64,000 bases of DNA from Bacillota bacterium (GCA_030527285.1 JAUNBC010000001.1:80111-144110), one strand, 5' to 3'; shown: positions 18,972 through 29,693, counted from the stretch's first letter. Notes: generated from the sequence alone by a model not told the origin. Made by a program: numbers and translations.

Positions 18972-21182
18972 ATGGAACGACTGAATTGGCATATAGATAA
19001 TATCAACTGCGCCGCCTGTACGGCGCGCATCGAGAAGGTGCTGTCGCGCGTCGAGGGTGTGACGGAGATCGTCGTTAACCCCACTACCGCGCGCGCGCGC
19101 ATCGTCTATGACCCGCAGCTGATCTCCGAGCAGGATATCGCCTCGCGCATCGAGCGGCTCGGTTTTGGCGTGCGGCGCGAGCAGACGGAGCAGGAGACGC
19201 ATCGTTATTCGCTGCGCGGCTTCCTCATTGCCGCCGCCGCGACGCTGCTGCTGCTCTATTTGTCGATGTTCGCGCATATGCTCGGCTTTCCCGTGCCGGC
19301 TTTTCTCGACCATCAGCAGCAGCCGCTCAATTTTGCCGTCGCGCAGCTATTGCTCACCGCCGTGGTGCTGTTGATCGGCAGGCGTTTTTACAGCAGCGGT
19401 TTTCCCGCTCTGTTCCGCCGCGCGCCGAATATGGACAGTCTGATCGCGCTCGGCAGCTCGGCGGCGGTGCTATACAGCCTGTACGCGCTGCTGATGCTGG
19501 CCGGAGGCGACCACAGCTATGTCGATCAGCTGTATTTCGAGACTGCGGCGATGATCGTCACGCTGGTGATGCTGGGCAAATTCCTTGAGGAACGCGCCAA
19601 AAATCGCGCTAATTCCGCGCTTAGCGGTTTGCTGGAGCTGGCTCCCGATACCGCCACCGTGCTGCGTGACGGCGTGGAGCGGACGCTGGCCGTTTCCGAG
19701 ATCGTGGTCGGAGACACGCTGGTGATACGCGCCGGCGAACGGCTGCCGGTGGACGGCCGGCTGATCGAGGGCAACAGTTTCGTTGACGAGGCCTATTTGA
19801 CGGGCGAAAGTATGCCGCGCGAGGTGCAGGCCGGCGACAGCGTCTATGCCGGCGCGATCAATCAGGCCGGGTTCTTTCGCTATACGGCAACCGAGGTAGG
19901 CGCGCAAACGCTGCTGGCGCGCATTTCCGCCGCCATGGAGGAAGCGCAGGCCAGCAAAGCGCCGATCGCCCGCGTTGCCGATAAGGTGGCGGCGGTATTC
20001 GTGCCGGTGATCTTGCTGATCGCGCTGGCGGCGGCTGCGCTGTGGCTGCTGGCCGGTGAGGATATTGCTTTCGCGCTGCGCGTATTCATCGCGGTGCTGG
20101 TCATCGCCTGTCCCTGCGCGCTGGGCTTGGCCACGCCTACGGCGATCACCGTGGCTATGGGCAAGGCGGCGTCGCTGGGCATACTGATAAAAAACGGCGA
20201 GGCGTTGGAAGCGGCCGCGCATATTGACACCGTTGTCATTGACAAAACCGGCACGCTCACCGAGGGCAAGCCGCAGTTGACCGCGCTGCTCTGCGCCGGC
20301 GGCGTCAGCCGCGCGCAGGCGCTGGGCTGGGCGGCGTCGCTGGAGCGGCATAGCGAGCATCCTTTAGCGGCGGCGATCTTGGCGGCGGCTGACGAGGAGG
20401 GTTTGTCGTTAGCGGAGCCGCAGGAGTTTGCGCTGCTGCCGGGTCTGGGCTTGGCGGCCAAGCTGGAGGGGCGCGCCTTCGTGCTGGGCAATCAGCGTTT
20501 GTTGGAGCAAAACGGCGTCGCCGTTGATGAAAAGTGGCAGCGCAGCGCCGCCGAGTTGCAGGATCAGGGCGCGACCACGGTGTTTTTGGCCGCCGACGGG
20601 CAGCTGCTGGCGTTATTGGCTCTGGCCGATCGGCTCAAGGAGCATAGCGCCGAGGTGATAGCGCGGCTGAAGCGCGACGGTTATAAGACGCTGATGCTCA
20701 CCGGCGACAATCTGCGCTCGGCGCGCGCCATCGCCGCGCAGGCCGGCGTCGACGAGCTGGTGGCCGAGGTCTTGCCGCAGCAGAAGTTAGAGCAGATCGC
20801 CGCCTTGCAGCGGCAGTCGGCGGTGGCGATGGTCGGCGACGGCATCAATGACGCGCCGGCGCTGATACAGGCCAATGTCGGCGTGGCGGTCGGCTCGGGC
20901 GCGGATATCGCTCTCGATGCGGCGGATATCGCGCTGATCGGCAATGATATCGGCGGCGTGGCGCGGGTATTGGAGCTGTCGCGGTATACGCTGCGCATCA
21001 TCAAACAAAATCTGGTCTGGGCTTTTTGCTATAATATCGCCGGCGTGCCCATAGCCGCCGGTCTGTTCTACGCTTTTGGCGGGCCGCTGCTCAATCCCAT
21101 TTTCGGCGCGGCGGCTATGAGCCTGAGTTCGATATGCGTCGTATCCAACGCCTTACGCATAAAAACATTTAAGGAGCAATGA
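18972..21182 (+). CDS. copA: Cu(I)-translocating P1B-type ATPase
   Basis: HMA CAAC, TGES, CPC, DKTGT, SEHP, GDGIND, YN and MSLSS. Confidence 0.9.
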   Translation: MERLNWHIDNINCAACTARIEKVLSRVEGVTEIVVNPTTARARIVYDPQLISEQDIASRIERLGFGVRREQTEQETHRYSLRGFLIAAAATLLLLYLSMFAHMLGFPVPAFLDHQQQPLNFAVAQLLLTAVVLLIGRRFYSSGFPALFRRAPNMDSLIALGSSAAVLYSLYALLMLAGGDHSYVDQLYFETAAMIVTLVMLGKFLEERAKNRANSALSGLLELAPDTATVLRDGVERTLAVSEIVVGDTLVIRAGERLPVDGRLIEGNSFVDEAYLTGESMPREVQAGDSVYAGAINQAGFFRYTATEVGAQTLLARISAAMEEAQASKAPIARVADKVAAVFVPVILLIALAAAALWLLAGEDIAFALRVFIAVLVIACPCALGLATPTAITVAMGKAASLGILIKNGEALEAAAHIDTVVIDKTGTLTEGKPQLTALLCAGGVSRAQALGWAASLERHSEHPLAAAILAAADEEGLSLAEPQEFALLPGLGLAAKLEGRAFVLGNQRLLEQNGVAVDEKWQRSAAELQDQGATTVFLAADGQLLALLALADRLKEHSAEVIARLKRDGYKTLMLTGDNLRSARAIAAQAGVDELVAEVLPQQKLEQIAALQRQSAVAMVGDGINDAPALIQANVGVAVGSGADIALDAADIALIGNDIGGVARVLELSRYTLRIIKQNLVWAFCYNIAGVPIAAGLFYAFGGPLLNPIFGAAAMSLSSICVVSNALRIKTFKEQ

Positions 21183-21183
21183 T

Positions 21184-22413
21184 ATGAGCTTACAGGGTAA
21201 TGCATTGGTCGCCCAAAGCGGCGGCCCCTCGGCGGTTATCAATAACAGCATTTGCGGCGTGATCGAGACCTGGCTGGATAGCGGACGGCAGGGCAAGATC
21301 TATGCCGGTATCAGCGGTATCAAGGGCGTGCTGAACGGCGATATCGTCGATTTGGCGGCGCAAAGGCGCGAGGACGTCGCCGGACTGCGCTATACGCCGG
21401 GCGCAGGGATATTCTCCTGCCGCTACAAGGTGTCGGCGGTAGACCATGAGAAGCTGATCAGCATACTCAAAAAGCTGAATATCCGCTATTTCTTCTATAA
21501 CGGCGGCAATGATTCGATGGATACCGCCTATAAAACATGGCGCGCCGCGGCTGACGCGGGCTGGGAAATGCGCGTTATCGGCGTTCCCAAGACCATCGAC
21601 AATGATTTGCCTTTCTGCGACCATTCGCCGGGCTTTGGCTCGGCTGCCAAATACATAGCCGCCACGGTGCGCGAGACCGGTATCGACCTGGAAAGCGTCT
21701 CGACCAAGAACAAGGTGACGATATTAGAGGCGATGGGCCGCGATGCGGGCTGGTTGACCGCCGCCTCGGCGCTGTCGCGCCGCTTCCCCGATGAAGCGCC
21801 GCATCTGATCTATTTGCCCGAGGTGCCGTTTTACAAGGAGAGCTTTTTGTCGGATGTGGAGCGCGTTTACAAGCAGCTCGGCTATTGCTATGTCGTGGTC
21901 TCGGAGGGCATATCCGACGAGAACGGCGAGTATTGCTTTACCTCTGGCGCGGTGGACGCTTTTGGCCATGTGCAGCTATCGGGCGTGGGCATCGCGCTCA
22001 AGGATATGGTGGAGCGGGAGATCGGCATTCGCGCCCGCTGCAATACGCTGGGCACGGCGCAGCGCGCGGCCATGCATTTCGCCTCCAAGACCGACGCTGA
22101 CGAGGCGTATATGGCTGGCAAGACCGCCGTCGAGTATGCGCTGGCCGGCAAAAGCGGCGTGATGGTGACGCTGCAGCGCGCCTCCGATGATCCCTACCGC
22201 TGCGTCTGCTCGGAGGTAGAGCTGGATAAAGTGGCAAATATCGAGCAAAAGCTGCCCGTCGAATGGATCAACGAGCAGCATAATTATGTGACCGATGAAT
22301 TTATCCGCTATGCGCGGCCGCTGATCGAGGGCGAGGTCGCGATACCGATGAAGCATGGCTTGCCCAATTATGTGCGGCTCGACTTCAGCAAGGGGCGCGT
22401 CAGCATCGACTGA
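21184..22413 (+). CDS. 6-phosphofructokinase, probably PPi-dependent
   Basis: QSGG, GGNDS (Asp at the PPi-specificity position), PKTIDND, MGR. Confidence 0.85.
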   Translation: MSLQGNALVAQSGGPSAVINNSICGVIETWLDSGRQGKIYAGISGIKGVLNGDIVDLAAQRREDVAGLRYTPGAGIFSCRYKVSAVDHEKLISILKKLNIRYFFYNGGNDSMDTAYKTWRAAADAGWEMRVIGVPKTIDNDLPFCDHSPGFGSAAKYIAATVRETGIDLESVSTKNKVTILEAMGRDAGWLTAASALSRRFPDEAPHLIYLPEVPFYKESFLSDVERVYKQLGYCYVVVSEGISDENGEYCFTSGAVDAFGHVQLSGVGIALKDMVEREIGIRARCNTLGTAQRAAMHFASKTDADEAYMAGKTAVEYALAGKSGVMVTLQRASDDPYRCVCSEVELDKVANIEQKLPVEWINEQHNYVTDEFIRYARPLIEGEVAIPMKHGLPNYVRLDFSKGRVSID

Positions 22414-22431
22414 GCGTCGGGCAGGGGAGAG

Positions 22432-23799
22432 CTATACCAGCACGTTCAGCCACTTCTTGCTGCGCATGCGCTTGAGGCAGATGACGGTTTTGACCACTTC
22501 CTCGAGGAAGGACAGCGCCATGACCATCGGCAGGCTCCAATGCAGCACTAATACGCTAAAGAACGACAACGGTATGCCGATGCACCAGACGCAGAGCAGG
22601 TCGCAGATCATGCAGAACTTGGTGTCACCGCCGGCGCGCAGTACGCCGATGAACAGCATATAGGTCAGCATACGCGGCGTGATGAAAACGGCGTAAACGA
22701 AGAAGGTCTTATACATGGTGAGATTGGTCTCGGCGGAGAAATCATACATGTCGATGATCAGATTGCGGCTAAACAAAAAGCCCAGCGAGGTGATGACGCA
22801 GACGAACAGCGTCATTTTGAGGAAGGTCTTGGAATAATCGAAGGCCAGCTCTTTATTGCCCTGGCCCAGCACATTGCCGATCATTACCGCGCTGGCATTA
22901 CCGATGCCGAAGAACAGCGCCGAGAACAGGTCGTTGACTACGCCGGCCACCTGCACGACCGCCAGCGCCGAAGCGCCGATCTTGCCATAGGCGACGTAAT
23001 AGATCGAAGTGCCAAGGCTCCACGCCGTCTCGGAGATCAGCACCGGCAGCGCGGTAATGAAGATATGCTTGAGCAGGGCGCGGCTCCAACCAATCAGTTC
23101 ATGCAGCTTTGCGCCCAGCGGATGCCCCTTGGTCAGATATATATAACCGAGCAGCGCCAGCATTTCCAGCAGCCGCGCGATCACCGTTGCCACGGCCGCG
23201 CCTTTTACGCCCCATTCCGGCATACCGAGATTGCCGTATATCAGGCACCAGTTAAGGAAGGTGTTTGCTCCCAGCGCCAGCGCGTTGATCACCGTGGGCA
23301 CTATCAGCCTATGTATGCAGCGGGAATTGAAAGCGATGGCGAAGGATATCGCCGACAAGGGGAACGACCAGTAGACGATCTCCAGATACGCCACGCCATC
23401 GGCGATGACCTCCGGCTCGTCGGCGAACAGGCCGAGCAGCTGCGGCGCTAAGAATTGCGCAAGCAGCATGAATATTAGCGATACCGCCAGCGAATAGGCG
23501 TAATCGAAGCCGAGGATGCGGCGGATATTGGCCACGTCCTTGATGCCCCAGTACTGCGATACCAGCACCGAGGAGCCGGAGAAGAAGCCGAAGCAGATCA
23601 TGATGAAGATAAAAGAGACGCGATTAGCCGCGCCTACGGCGGCTAAAGGAAATTCGCCGAGGCGGCCGATCATCAGCGTATCTATCATATTGAGACTGAC
23701 GCCGATAATATTCTCGATGATGATCGGGATACCGATGGTCATCGCTGTTTTGTAGAACTGCTTATCGTAACGCAGTAATGGTTGAGGGAACAGACCCAT
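22432..23799 (-). CDS. MATE family efflux transporter
   Basis: NMIDTLMIGRLG, SQYWG, LIYGNLGMPEWGVKGAA, LRAGGD; RBS GAGGTG before ATG 23799. Confidence 0.9.
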   Translation of the reverse strand: MGLFPQPLLRYDKQFYKTAMTIGIPIIIENIIGVSLNMIDTLMIGRLGEFPLAAVGAANRVSFIFIMICFGFFSGSSVLVSQYWGIKDVANIRRILGFDYAYSLAVSLIFMLLAQFLAPQLLGLFADEPEVIADGVAYLEIVYWSFPLSAISFAIAFNSRCIHRLIVPTVINALALGANTFLNWCLIYGNLGMPEWGVKGAAVATVIARLLEMLALLGYIYLTKGHPLGAKLHELIGWSRALLKHIFITALPVLISETAWSLGTSIYYVAYGKIGASALAVVQVAGVVNDLFSALFFGIGNASAVMIGNVLGQGNKELAFDYSKTFLKMTLFVCVITSLGFLFSRNLIIDMYDFSAETNLTMYKTFFVYAVFITPRMLTYMLFIGVLRAGGDTKFCMICDLLCVWCIGIPLSFFSVLVLHWSLPMVMALSFLEEVVKTVICLKRMRSKKWLNVLV

Positions 23800-23880
23800 T
23801 TGACACCTCGCGCGGAGCTTGCCGCTATCAGCCGCTGCGGCCGGGAAATTAAAACAAAAGCGCCCATATTGCGGGCGCTG

Positions 23881-23955
23881 TGGCTGGGGTGAATGGATTC
23901 GAACCATTGAATGACGATTTCAGAGACCGCTGCCTTACCGCTTGGCTACACCCCA
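23881..23955 (-). tRNA. tRNA-Gln(CUG)
   Basis: TGGGGTGTAGCCAAGCGGTAAGGC..CT-CTG-AA..GGTTCGAATCC..CCAGCCA; cloverleaf with encoded CCA. Confidence 0.93.
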
Positions 23956-23987
23956 TCATAAAATTATCGCCGCGGAGTATGCGGTCT

Positions 23988-24064
23988 TGGTCGGGACGAC
24001 AGGATTTGAACCTGCGACCCCTTGATCCCAAATCAAGTGCGCTACCAAGCTGCGCTACGTCCCG
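23988..24064 (-). tRNA. tRNA-Pro(UGG)
   Basis: CGGGACGTAGCGCAGCTTGGTAGCGC..CTTGA-TTTGGGA-TCAAG..GGTTCAAATCC..CCA. Confidence 0.95.
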
Positions 24065-24084
24065 CTGTTTTTTGCAACATTGCT

Positions 24085-24114
24085 ATTATAACCAAAAGCG
24101 GGGATAAATGTCAA
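24085..24114 (-). promoter_or_regulatory. Sigma-A promoter of tRNA-Pro/tRNA-Gln
   Basis: TTGACA-18nt-TATAAT on minus strand just upstream of tRNA-Pro. Confidence 0.75.
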
Positions 24115-24215
24115 TCATAATTAGTCAAATAATAGAAGAAATTGTTCATTTTTTAGCAGGTTTTTATTCTTATCCGGTAGAAGTTTAACATTGATTGTTA
24201 TCAAAGGAGGCAAAT

Positions 24216-25775
24216 ATGAAAATCACGTTTTTCGGCGCGGCGCGTACCGTAACCGGCTCCTGTCATTATGTGGAGCATAACGGGATCAAATTCATCGTCG
24301 ATTGCGGCCTGTTTCAGGGCAATAAGGCGATCAAGGAATTCAATTACCGCGAATTCCCCTTTAATCCCGGCGAGCTGGATTTCGCGCTGCTGACCCATGC
24401 GCATATCGACCATAGCGGCCTGCTGCCCAAGCTGTATAAAGCCGGCTTCAAGAAGCCGATCTATACTACTTCCGCCACCGTAGCGCTGGCCGAGATCATG
24501 CTGCCGGATTCCGGCTATATACAGGAAATGGAATGCGAGCGCAAAAACCGCAAGGCGGCGCGCGCCGGCGAGCCGGAGATCGAGCCGATATACACCGCCG
24601 CCGAGGCGATGGAGACGCAGCCGTTGTTTTGCGCCAAGGAATACGGCGAGAGCTTTTCCCCGGGCGGCGGCCTTACCATCACCTTCCGCGACGCCGGACA
24701 TATTCTTGGCTCCAGCATCGTCGAGATCGACTATACCGAGGATGACAAAAAGCAAAAGTTAGTGTTCACCGGCGATCTGGGGCGCAAAGAGCAGGCGATC
24801 ACCGAAGACCCGTACTTGATCAAGCAGGCCGACTATCTGGTGATGGAATCCACCTATGGCAATCGCGAGCATCATGCCTCGCCGGAGACCGATATACCGC
24901 GCTTTGCCAAGATGATCAACGACACCTTTTATCGCGGCGGCAATGTGATCATCCCCGCCTTCGCCGTCGATCGCACGCAGGATATTCTGATGCTGCTGTA
25001 CGCGATACAGGAAAAGAAGCTGATCACCGACTGCAAAATATACGTCGACAGCCCGCTGGCGATCAAGGCCACGGAGATCTTTGCCGCGCATCCTTCCTAT
25101 TTTGATAAGCTGACCACCGAGCAATTCAAGGTCGAGGGCAAAGCGCCCTTCATCCTCGATAATCTCGTTTATACCAGCTCCGCCGCCGAGTCGCAGCAGT
25201 TGAACGAGGTCAAGAGCGGCGCGATCATCATATCCGCCTCCGGCATGGCCGACGCGGGACGGATCAAGCATCATCTCAAGCATAATCTGTGGCGGCCGGA
25301 GTCGTCGGTGGTTTTCTTCGGCTATCAGGCCGAGGGCACGCTGGGCCGCCGCCTGATCGAAGGCGAGACAAAGGTAACCATACATGGCGAGGAGATCGAG
25401 GTCAAGGCGCATATATTCACGATGAACGGCTTTTCCGCCCATGCCGATAAGAACGAAATGCTCGACTGGCTGTCCGCTTTTGAGCATAAGCCGCATAAGC
25501 TGTTTATCGTCCACGGCGAGGAGAACGCCTCGCTGGAATTTGCCGAGCTGGTCAAGGAAAAGCTGGGCATGGATGCGGTAGTGCCGTTTATGGGCGATAC
25601 CGTGGAGCTGCTGCCTACCGAGGCCGTGGTGGTCGCTCAGGATAAGGATTATGCGCGGACAGTGCTCGACGAGAACTTGCTGGTCGATATCAATACCGTC
25701 CTGCAAAAGATCATGGTCGAGCGCGATATCGAAAAGCTGCTGCGTATTCGTAATTATCTCAAGCGCATCAGCTAA
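24216..25775 (+). CDS. MBL-fold beta-CASP ribonuclease
   Basis: VTGS, THAHIDHSG, AGHILGS, MESTYG, FSAHAD. Confidence 0.9.
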   Translation: MKITFFGAARTVTGSCHYVEHNGIKFIVDCGLFQGNKAIKEFNYREFPFNPGELDFALLTHAHIDHSGLLPKLYKAGFKKPIYTTSATVALAEIMLPDSGYIQEMECERKNRKAARAGEPEIEPIYTAAEAMETQPLFCAKEYGESFSPGGGLTITFRDAGHILGSSIVEIDYTEDDKKQKLVFTGDLGRKEQAITEDPYLIKQADYLVMESTYGNREHHASPETDIPRFAKMINDTFYRGGNVIIPAFAVDRTQDILMLLYAIQEKKLITDCKIYVDSPLAIKATEIFAAHPSYFDKLTTEQFKVEGKAPFILDNLVYTSSAAESQQLNEVKSGAIIISASGMADAGRIKHHLKHNLWRPESSVVFFGYQAEGTLGRRLIEGETKVTIHGEEIEVKAHIFTMNGFSAHADKNEMLDWLSAFEHKPHKLFIVHGEENASLEFAELVKEKLGMDAVVPFMGDTVELLPTEAVVVAQDKDYARTVLDENLLVDINTVLQKIMVERDIEKLLRIRNYLKRIS

Positions 25776-25797
25776 TTAAGGGCGGAGGTATAACAGC

Positions 25798-26556
25798 TTG
25801 GCCGAGCGCACTTTATCAGCTAATTTGGCGTTTTCTCAGGATCTGCTGACCGATATCGTTGTCGCGCCGCATATCCTGCTTACTAAATACGAATTATTGG
25901 CTATCGACGAGCGGGAGCTGGTCGTGCTGTTGCGGCTGCTGCACGTCAGCGGCGCCGGCGGCTGGATCAGCAGCGCCGCTATCGCCGCCGAATTCGCCTG
26001 CTCTGAGGAGGAGGCGCGCGCCGTGGTCGAGCCCTTCTCCGCCAAAGGGCTGCTCAAATATGACGCGGCCACGGACGGATTTTCCAGCGAGTATTTGTTC
26101 CGCCGCCTGTACGAGGAATGGATGGCGGTGAAACGGCAAAACGGCGGCAAGCCGGCCAGGGCCGATAAAGCCGCGAAAAGCGACAAAGCCCGCGATAAGG
26201 CCGCCATACAGCTGCGCGACGCGACGCTCAAGGAGCTGTATCATTGCTTTGAGCAGGAGATGGGCACGATGCTCTCGCCGATGGAGAACGATAAGATCCG
26301 CCATTGGCTGGAGGACGAGCAGTTAGCGCCCGAGCTGATCAAGGAAGCGCTGAAGCGCTCGGTATTGCAGGGCAAGCGCAATTTTGCCTATATCGACAAA
26401 ATACTGCTCAACTGGCGGAAGAAGCATTATGCGACCATTGAGGACGTTGCCGCCGAGGACGCGCCGTCCGCTGCGGCCGCCAAGCCGCGCGGCAAAGCTA
26501 AGGCCAGGGTCGGCGAGGATAAATTTGCCGACGTATATCTGAAAATGCTCAAGTAG
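25798..26556 (+). CDS. DnaD-domain replication protein
   Basis: N-terminal wHTH-like region; LIKEALKRS..YIDKILLNW DnaD motif. Confidence 0.8.
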   Translation: MAERTLSANLAFSQDLLTDIVVAPHILLTKYELLAIDERELVVLLRLLHVSGAGGWISSAAIAAEFACSEEEARAVVEPFSAKGLLKYDAATDGFSSEYLFRRLYEEWMAVKRQNGGKPARADKAAKSDKARDKAAIQLRDATLKELYHCFEQEMGTMLSPMENDKIRHWLEDEQLAPELIKEALKRSVLQGKRNFAYIDKILLNWRKKHYATIEDVAAEDAPSAAAAKPRGKAKARVGEDKFADVYLKMLK

Positions 26557-26580
26557 CAGGACTACCACCGAGGTTGAGCG

Positions 26581-27369
26581 ATGAAAAGGATCGACGCACA
26601 GATAAATAGCAGCGAAGCGAGCGCAGCGCCGGCTAAGGACGCCTATGACGACCGCGACGTTTACTCCTGCCTGATCTGCCATGACAGCGGCTGGGTGATC
26701 GGCGCGGACGGCGCGCGTCCCTGCGGCTGCCGCAGCGCTAAGCTGCGCCGCGAGCGCAGGACAGCCGCCGGATTAACGCCGGCGCTGAGCGGCAAGAGCT
26801 TCGCCGATTTTTCGCTCGCCTATTACAGCGACACGACGCATCCGCAGCTTGAGGTCAGCTATCGCCGCTTAGCGCAGGTGGCCTTGACGGCGGCGCAGGA
26901 CTTTGCCGCGGCGCAGATCGCGGGCAGGACGACGCGCGGCCTGCTGCTGGAGGGCGGCGTGGGCAGCGGCAAGACGCTGCTGGCGGCGGCGATCGCCAAT
27001 CAACTGCTGGATAATGGCGTGGACGCGCTGTTTTTAGTGGTGCCGCAATTCCTCGATCAGCTGCGCTACAGCTATCGCGCCGAGAATGACGGCGAGGACG
27101 AGGCGACGATCATCAAGCGCGCCTATAATGCGCCGGTGCTGATATTGGACGATTTAGGCGCGCATAACTTCAGCCCGTGGGTGCAGAATAAGCTGTTCGC
27201 CATCGTCGATCACCGGCTCAATTACCGCTTGCCCTGCGTGATCACCACCAATCTTGACTTGAACGAGCTGAACGATACCGTGGGCGAGCGCGTGGTATCG
27301 CGCTTTATGGAAATGTGCAATATTTGCAAGCTGGACGTTGACGAAGACATACGCAGGCGGCTCGATTGA
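26581..27369 (+). CDS. DnaC/DnaI-like AAA+ helicase loader
   Basis: CxxC..CxC zinc site, GGVGSGKT, LILDDLG, ITTN. Confidence 0.85.
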   Translation: MKRIDAQINSSEASAAPAKDAYDDRDVYSCLICHDSGWVIGADGARPCGCRSAKLRRERRTAAGLTPALSGKSFADFSLAYYSDTTHPQLEVSYRRLAQVALTAAQDFAAAQIAGRTTRGLLLEGGVGSGKTLLAAAIANQLLDNGVDALFLVVPQFLDQLRYSYRAENDGEDEATIIKRAYNAPVLILDDLGAHNFSPWVQNKLFAIVDHRLNYRLPCVITTNLDLNELNDTVGERVVSRFMEMCNICKLDVDEDIRRRLD

Positions 27370-28064
27370 TGGCGGCGCGGGCGATAATCTTCGATTTCGA
27401 CGATACCCTGGTGCAAACAAACGTGCTGTATGAGCAGGCGCGCGTCATTTTTTTTGCGGCGATGCGGCGCTTGGGCTTTTGCCCGGATGCGGCGATGGCC
27501 GAGTATTTGGATAAAGCGGATATCGCCGCCTTAGAGCGCGCCGGCTATATGGCCAAGCATTGTTTTCCCCAGGCGCTGCGCGACACCTATATCTACTATT
27601 GCCGCCGTCAGGGGCGGCTGCCTGAGGACAGACAGGCGCGCGAGATCGAGGATATCGGTTGGGCGGTCTTTGATCAGGAGGCGGAGCACGTGCCCGGCGC
27701 GTTAGAGCTGCTGAAAGCGCTGCACGGCGTATATCCGCTGTATTTGCTGACGCAGGGAGAAGAGGATATTCAACAGCGGCGTTTGCGCCGTTCCGGCCTG
27801 TGCGGCTATTTCGACGCCTGCTATATCGTCGGCGTCAAGGATGCGGAGGCGTTCCGCGCCATCATTGCCGAGCGCGATATCGACGCCGCCGGCTCATGGT
27901 GCGTGGGCAACAGTTTACGCTCCGATATCAACCCGGCGCTGGCCGCCGGTCTGAACGCCGCGCAGCTGCTGATCGACTGCTGGGGCTATGAGCAGCAGCC
28001 GCCGGCCGGCGAATATCATCAGATACGGGAATTGAGCGAATTTTTGGAGCTGATCAAACGATGA
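27369..28064 (+). CDS. HAD-superfamily hydrolase
   Basis: FDFDDTL, VGNSLRSDI. Confidence 0.88.
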   Translation: MAARAIIFDFDDTLVQTNVLYEQARVIFFAAMRRLGFCPDAAMAEYLDKADIAALERAGYMAKHCFPQALRDTYIYYCRRQGRLPEDRQAREIEDIGWAVFDQEAEHVPGALELLKALHGVYPLYLLTQGEEDIQQRRLRRSGLCGYFDACYIVGVKDAEAFRAIIAERDIDAAGSWCVGNSLRSDINPALAAGLNAAQLLIDCWGYEQQPPAGEYHQIRELSEFLELIKR

Positions 28065-28861
28065 AGATCAAAGCCGCCGCCCTGCAATTTGCGGTGCGGG
28101 ACAATCAATACGCGGATAACCTGGCCGCGGCGCGCCGTCTGATCGAGCGGGCTGCCGCTGACGGCGCGCGGCTGTTGGTGCTGCCGGAGCTGTGGTACAG
28201 CGGCTATCAGCTGAGCAATATCGCCGAATTCGCGCAGGAGATGAGCGGCGAGGCGGTGTCGCTGACGCGCGAATTGGCGGCGGCGCATGGCGTGTATATC
28301 TTCGGCTCGGTGGCTGAACGGCGGCATGGCAATTATTATAACACCTTGGTGGCGGTCGATGACCGCGGCACGATCATCGCCAAGTATCGGAAAGCGCATC
28401 TGTTCCGGCATTATCTGCGCGAGCAGGATTATATGACTGCCGGCGATCAATGGGTGCTGGCCGATTATCAGCAGGACGGCGAGCAGCTATGCATGGGGCT
28501 GATGATCTGCTACGACCTGCGCTTCCCCGAATTTGCGCGCAATATCGCGCTGCGCGGCGCGCAGTTGCTGATCGTACCCGCCGCCTGGGCGGCGGCGCGT
28601 ATCGACGAGTTTGAGCTGTTCTGCCGCGCCCGCGCCGCTGAAAATCGCTGCTTCCTTATCGCCTGCAATTATTGCGGCGGCGTGTATAACGGTAATTCGC
28701 TGATCGTCTCGCCGCGCGGCGAGCTGCTGGCCAAGCAAGCGGACGCCGAAGGCGTGCTGTCGGCGGAGCTGGACAGCGCCGTGTTCGCCGACGGGCAGAT
28801 GTTCAATCCGCTGTCTGAGCGGCGGCATATACTTGACGAGATCGACGACAGCCTGTTGTAA
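28061..28861 (+). CDS. Carbon-nitrogen (nitrilase-family) hydrolase
   Basis: LPE, YRKAHLF, ICYDLRFPE catalytic triad motifs. Confidence 0.92.
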   Translation: MKIKAAALQFAVRDNQYADNLAAARRLIERAAADGARLLVLPELWYSGYQLSNIAEFAQEMSGEAVSLTRELAAAHGVYIFGSVAERRHGNYYNTLVAVDDRGTIIAKYRKAHLFRHYLREQDYMTAGDQWVLADYQQDGEQLCMGLMICYDLRFPEFARNIALRGAQLLIVPAAWAAARIDEFELFCRARAAENRCFLIACNYCGGVYNGNSLIVSPRGELLAKQADAEGVLSAELDSAVFADGQMFNPLSERRHILDEIDDSLL

Positions 28862-28898
28862 GACAGACGGCAGACAGCGGACAGCGAAGGATGAAACA

Positions 28899-28928
28899 AA
28901 CAAAACCAGCCGGCAGGCTGGTTTTGTT
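28899..28928. terminator. Probable bidirectional terminator
   Basis: AACAAAACCAGCC-ggca-GGCTGGTTTTGTT between convergent nitrilase and tRNA-Arg. Confidence 0.75.
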
Positions 28929-28948
28929 GTGGCGGCGGATGCTGCGCC

Positions 28949-29023
28949 TGGTATGCCCGATAGGGATCGAACCTACGCCTTCGGCTCCGGAGGCCGACGC
29001 TCTATCCACTGAGCTACGGGCAC
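28949..29023 (-). tRNA. tRNA-Arg(CCG)
   Basis: GTGCCCGTAGCTCAGTGGATAGAGC..TCGGC-CTCCGGA-GCCGA..GGTTCGATCC..ACCA. Confidence 0.95.
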
Positions 29024-29036
29024 AAGATACTCGTTC

Positions 29037-29065
29037 ATTGTATCTCAAAGCGCAACTTAAGTCAA
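29037..29065 (-). promoter_or_regulatory. Sigma-A promoter of tRNA-Arg
   Basis: TTGACT-17nt-TACAAT on minus strand. Confidence 0.7.
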
Positions 29066-29215
29066 TTATTTGCCAAAGATTATTTTCGTCTAATTTTTAG
29101 ATAATTATGAACATACTTGATAAATTGCCGCGCTTAAAGTTTTGTGTTATTATAAGGTTGCGAAAACAGGAATTTTCTTAATCTTTTATTTTATTACTGT
29201 AAAGAGGTGAAACGA

Positions 29216-29623
29216 ATGTTCAAGGTATTAAAGGTTGACCATATCGGTATCGCGGTCAAGGATATCGATGAAGCCGCCAAGTTTTGGGAAGGGGTTTTGG
29301 GTCTCAAGATCGTGGCGAGAGAAGAAGTAGCGGCGCAAAAAGTCATCACCGCTTTTATTCCCTCCGGCGATAGCGAGATCGAGCTTTTGCAGTCTACTGC
29401 CGAGGATGGCCCGATCGCCAAGTTCATCGAAGCCAAGGGCGAAGGCATCCAGCATATCGCGCTCAAGGTAGACAATATCGAAGAGGCGTTAGCCGAGCTT
29501 AAGGAGCAGGGCGTACGCCTCATCGACGAGAAGCCGCGCGGCGGCGCCGGCGGCGCGCAGATCGCTTTCCTTCATCCTAAGGCAACCGGCGGCGTGCTGT
29601 TGGAATTATGCCAAAGAGATTAA
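29216..29623 (+). CDS. mce: Methylmalonyl-CoA epimerase
   Basis: [28 protein letters not shown]; adjacent to mmd genes. Confidence 0.92.
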   Translation: MFKVLKVDHIGIAVKDIDEAAKFWEGVLGLKIVAREEVAAQKVITAFIPSGDSEIELLQSTAEDGPIAKFIEAKGEGIQHIALKVDNIEEALAELKEQGVRLIDEKPRGGAGGAQIAFLHPKATGGVLLELCQRD

Positions 29624-29693
29624 ACTCTATGCGGTATCAGGCTTGTGTTTTGATAATTGTACGGAAAACCAGTATTTATTAGGAGGTATGGAG

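Noticed and set aside
24142-24159. Rex-like operator TTGTTCATTTTTTAGCAG
   Set aside because: Several mismatches, AT-rich background, and the downstream gene is not a typical Rex target
25798-27369. dnaD plus dnaC-like pair as a prophage replication module or IS21 IstB
   Set aside because: No phage genes, integrase or IstA nearby; the pair sits in a housekeeping operon, as is usual in Clostridia
28861-28889. Short degenerate 7-nt tandem repeat after the nitrilase stop
   Set aside because: Only about four imperfect units; no function can be supported
23881-29023. tRNAs as island integration sites
   Set aside because: No duplicated tRNA 3' ends or integrase seen
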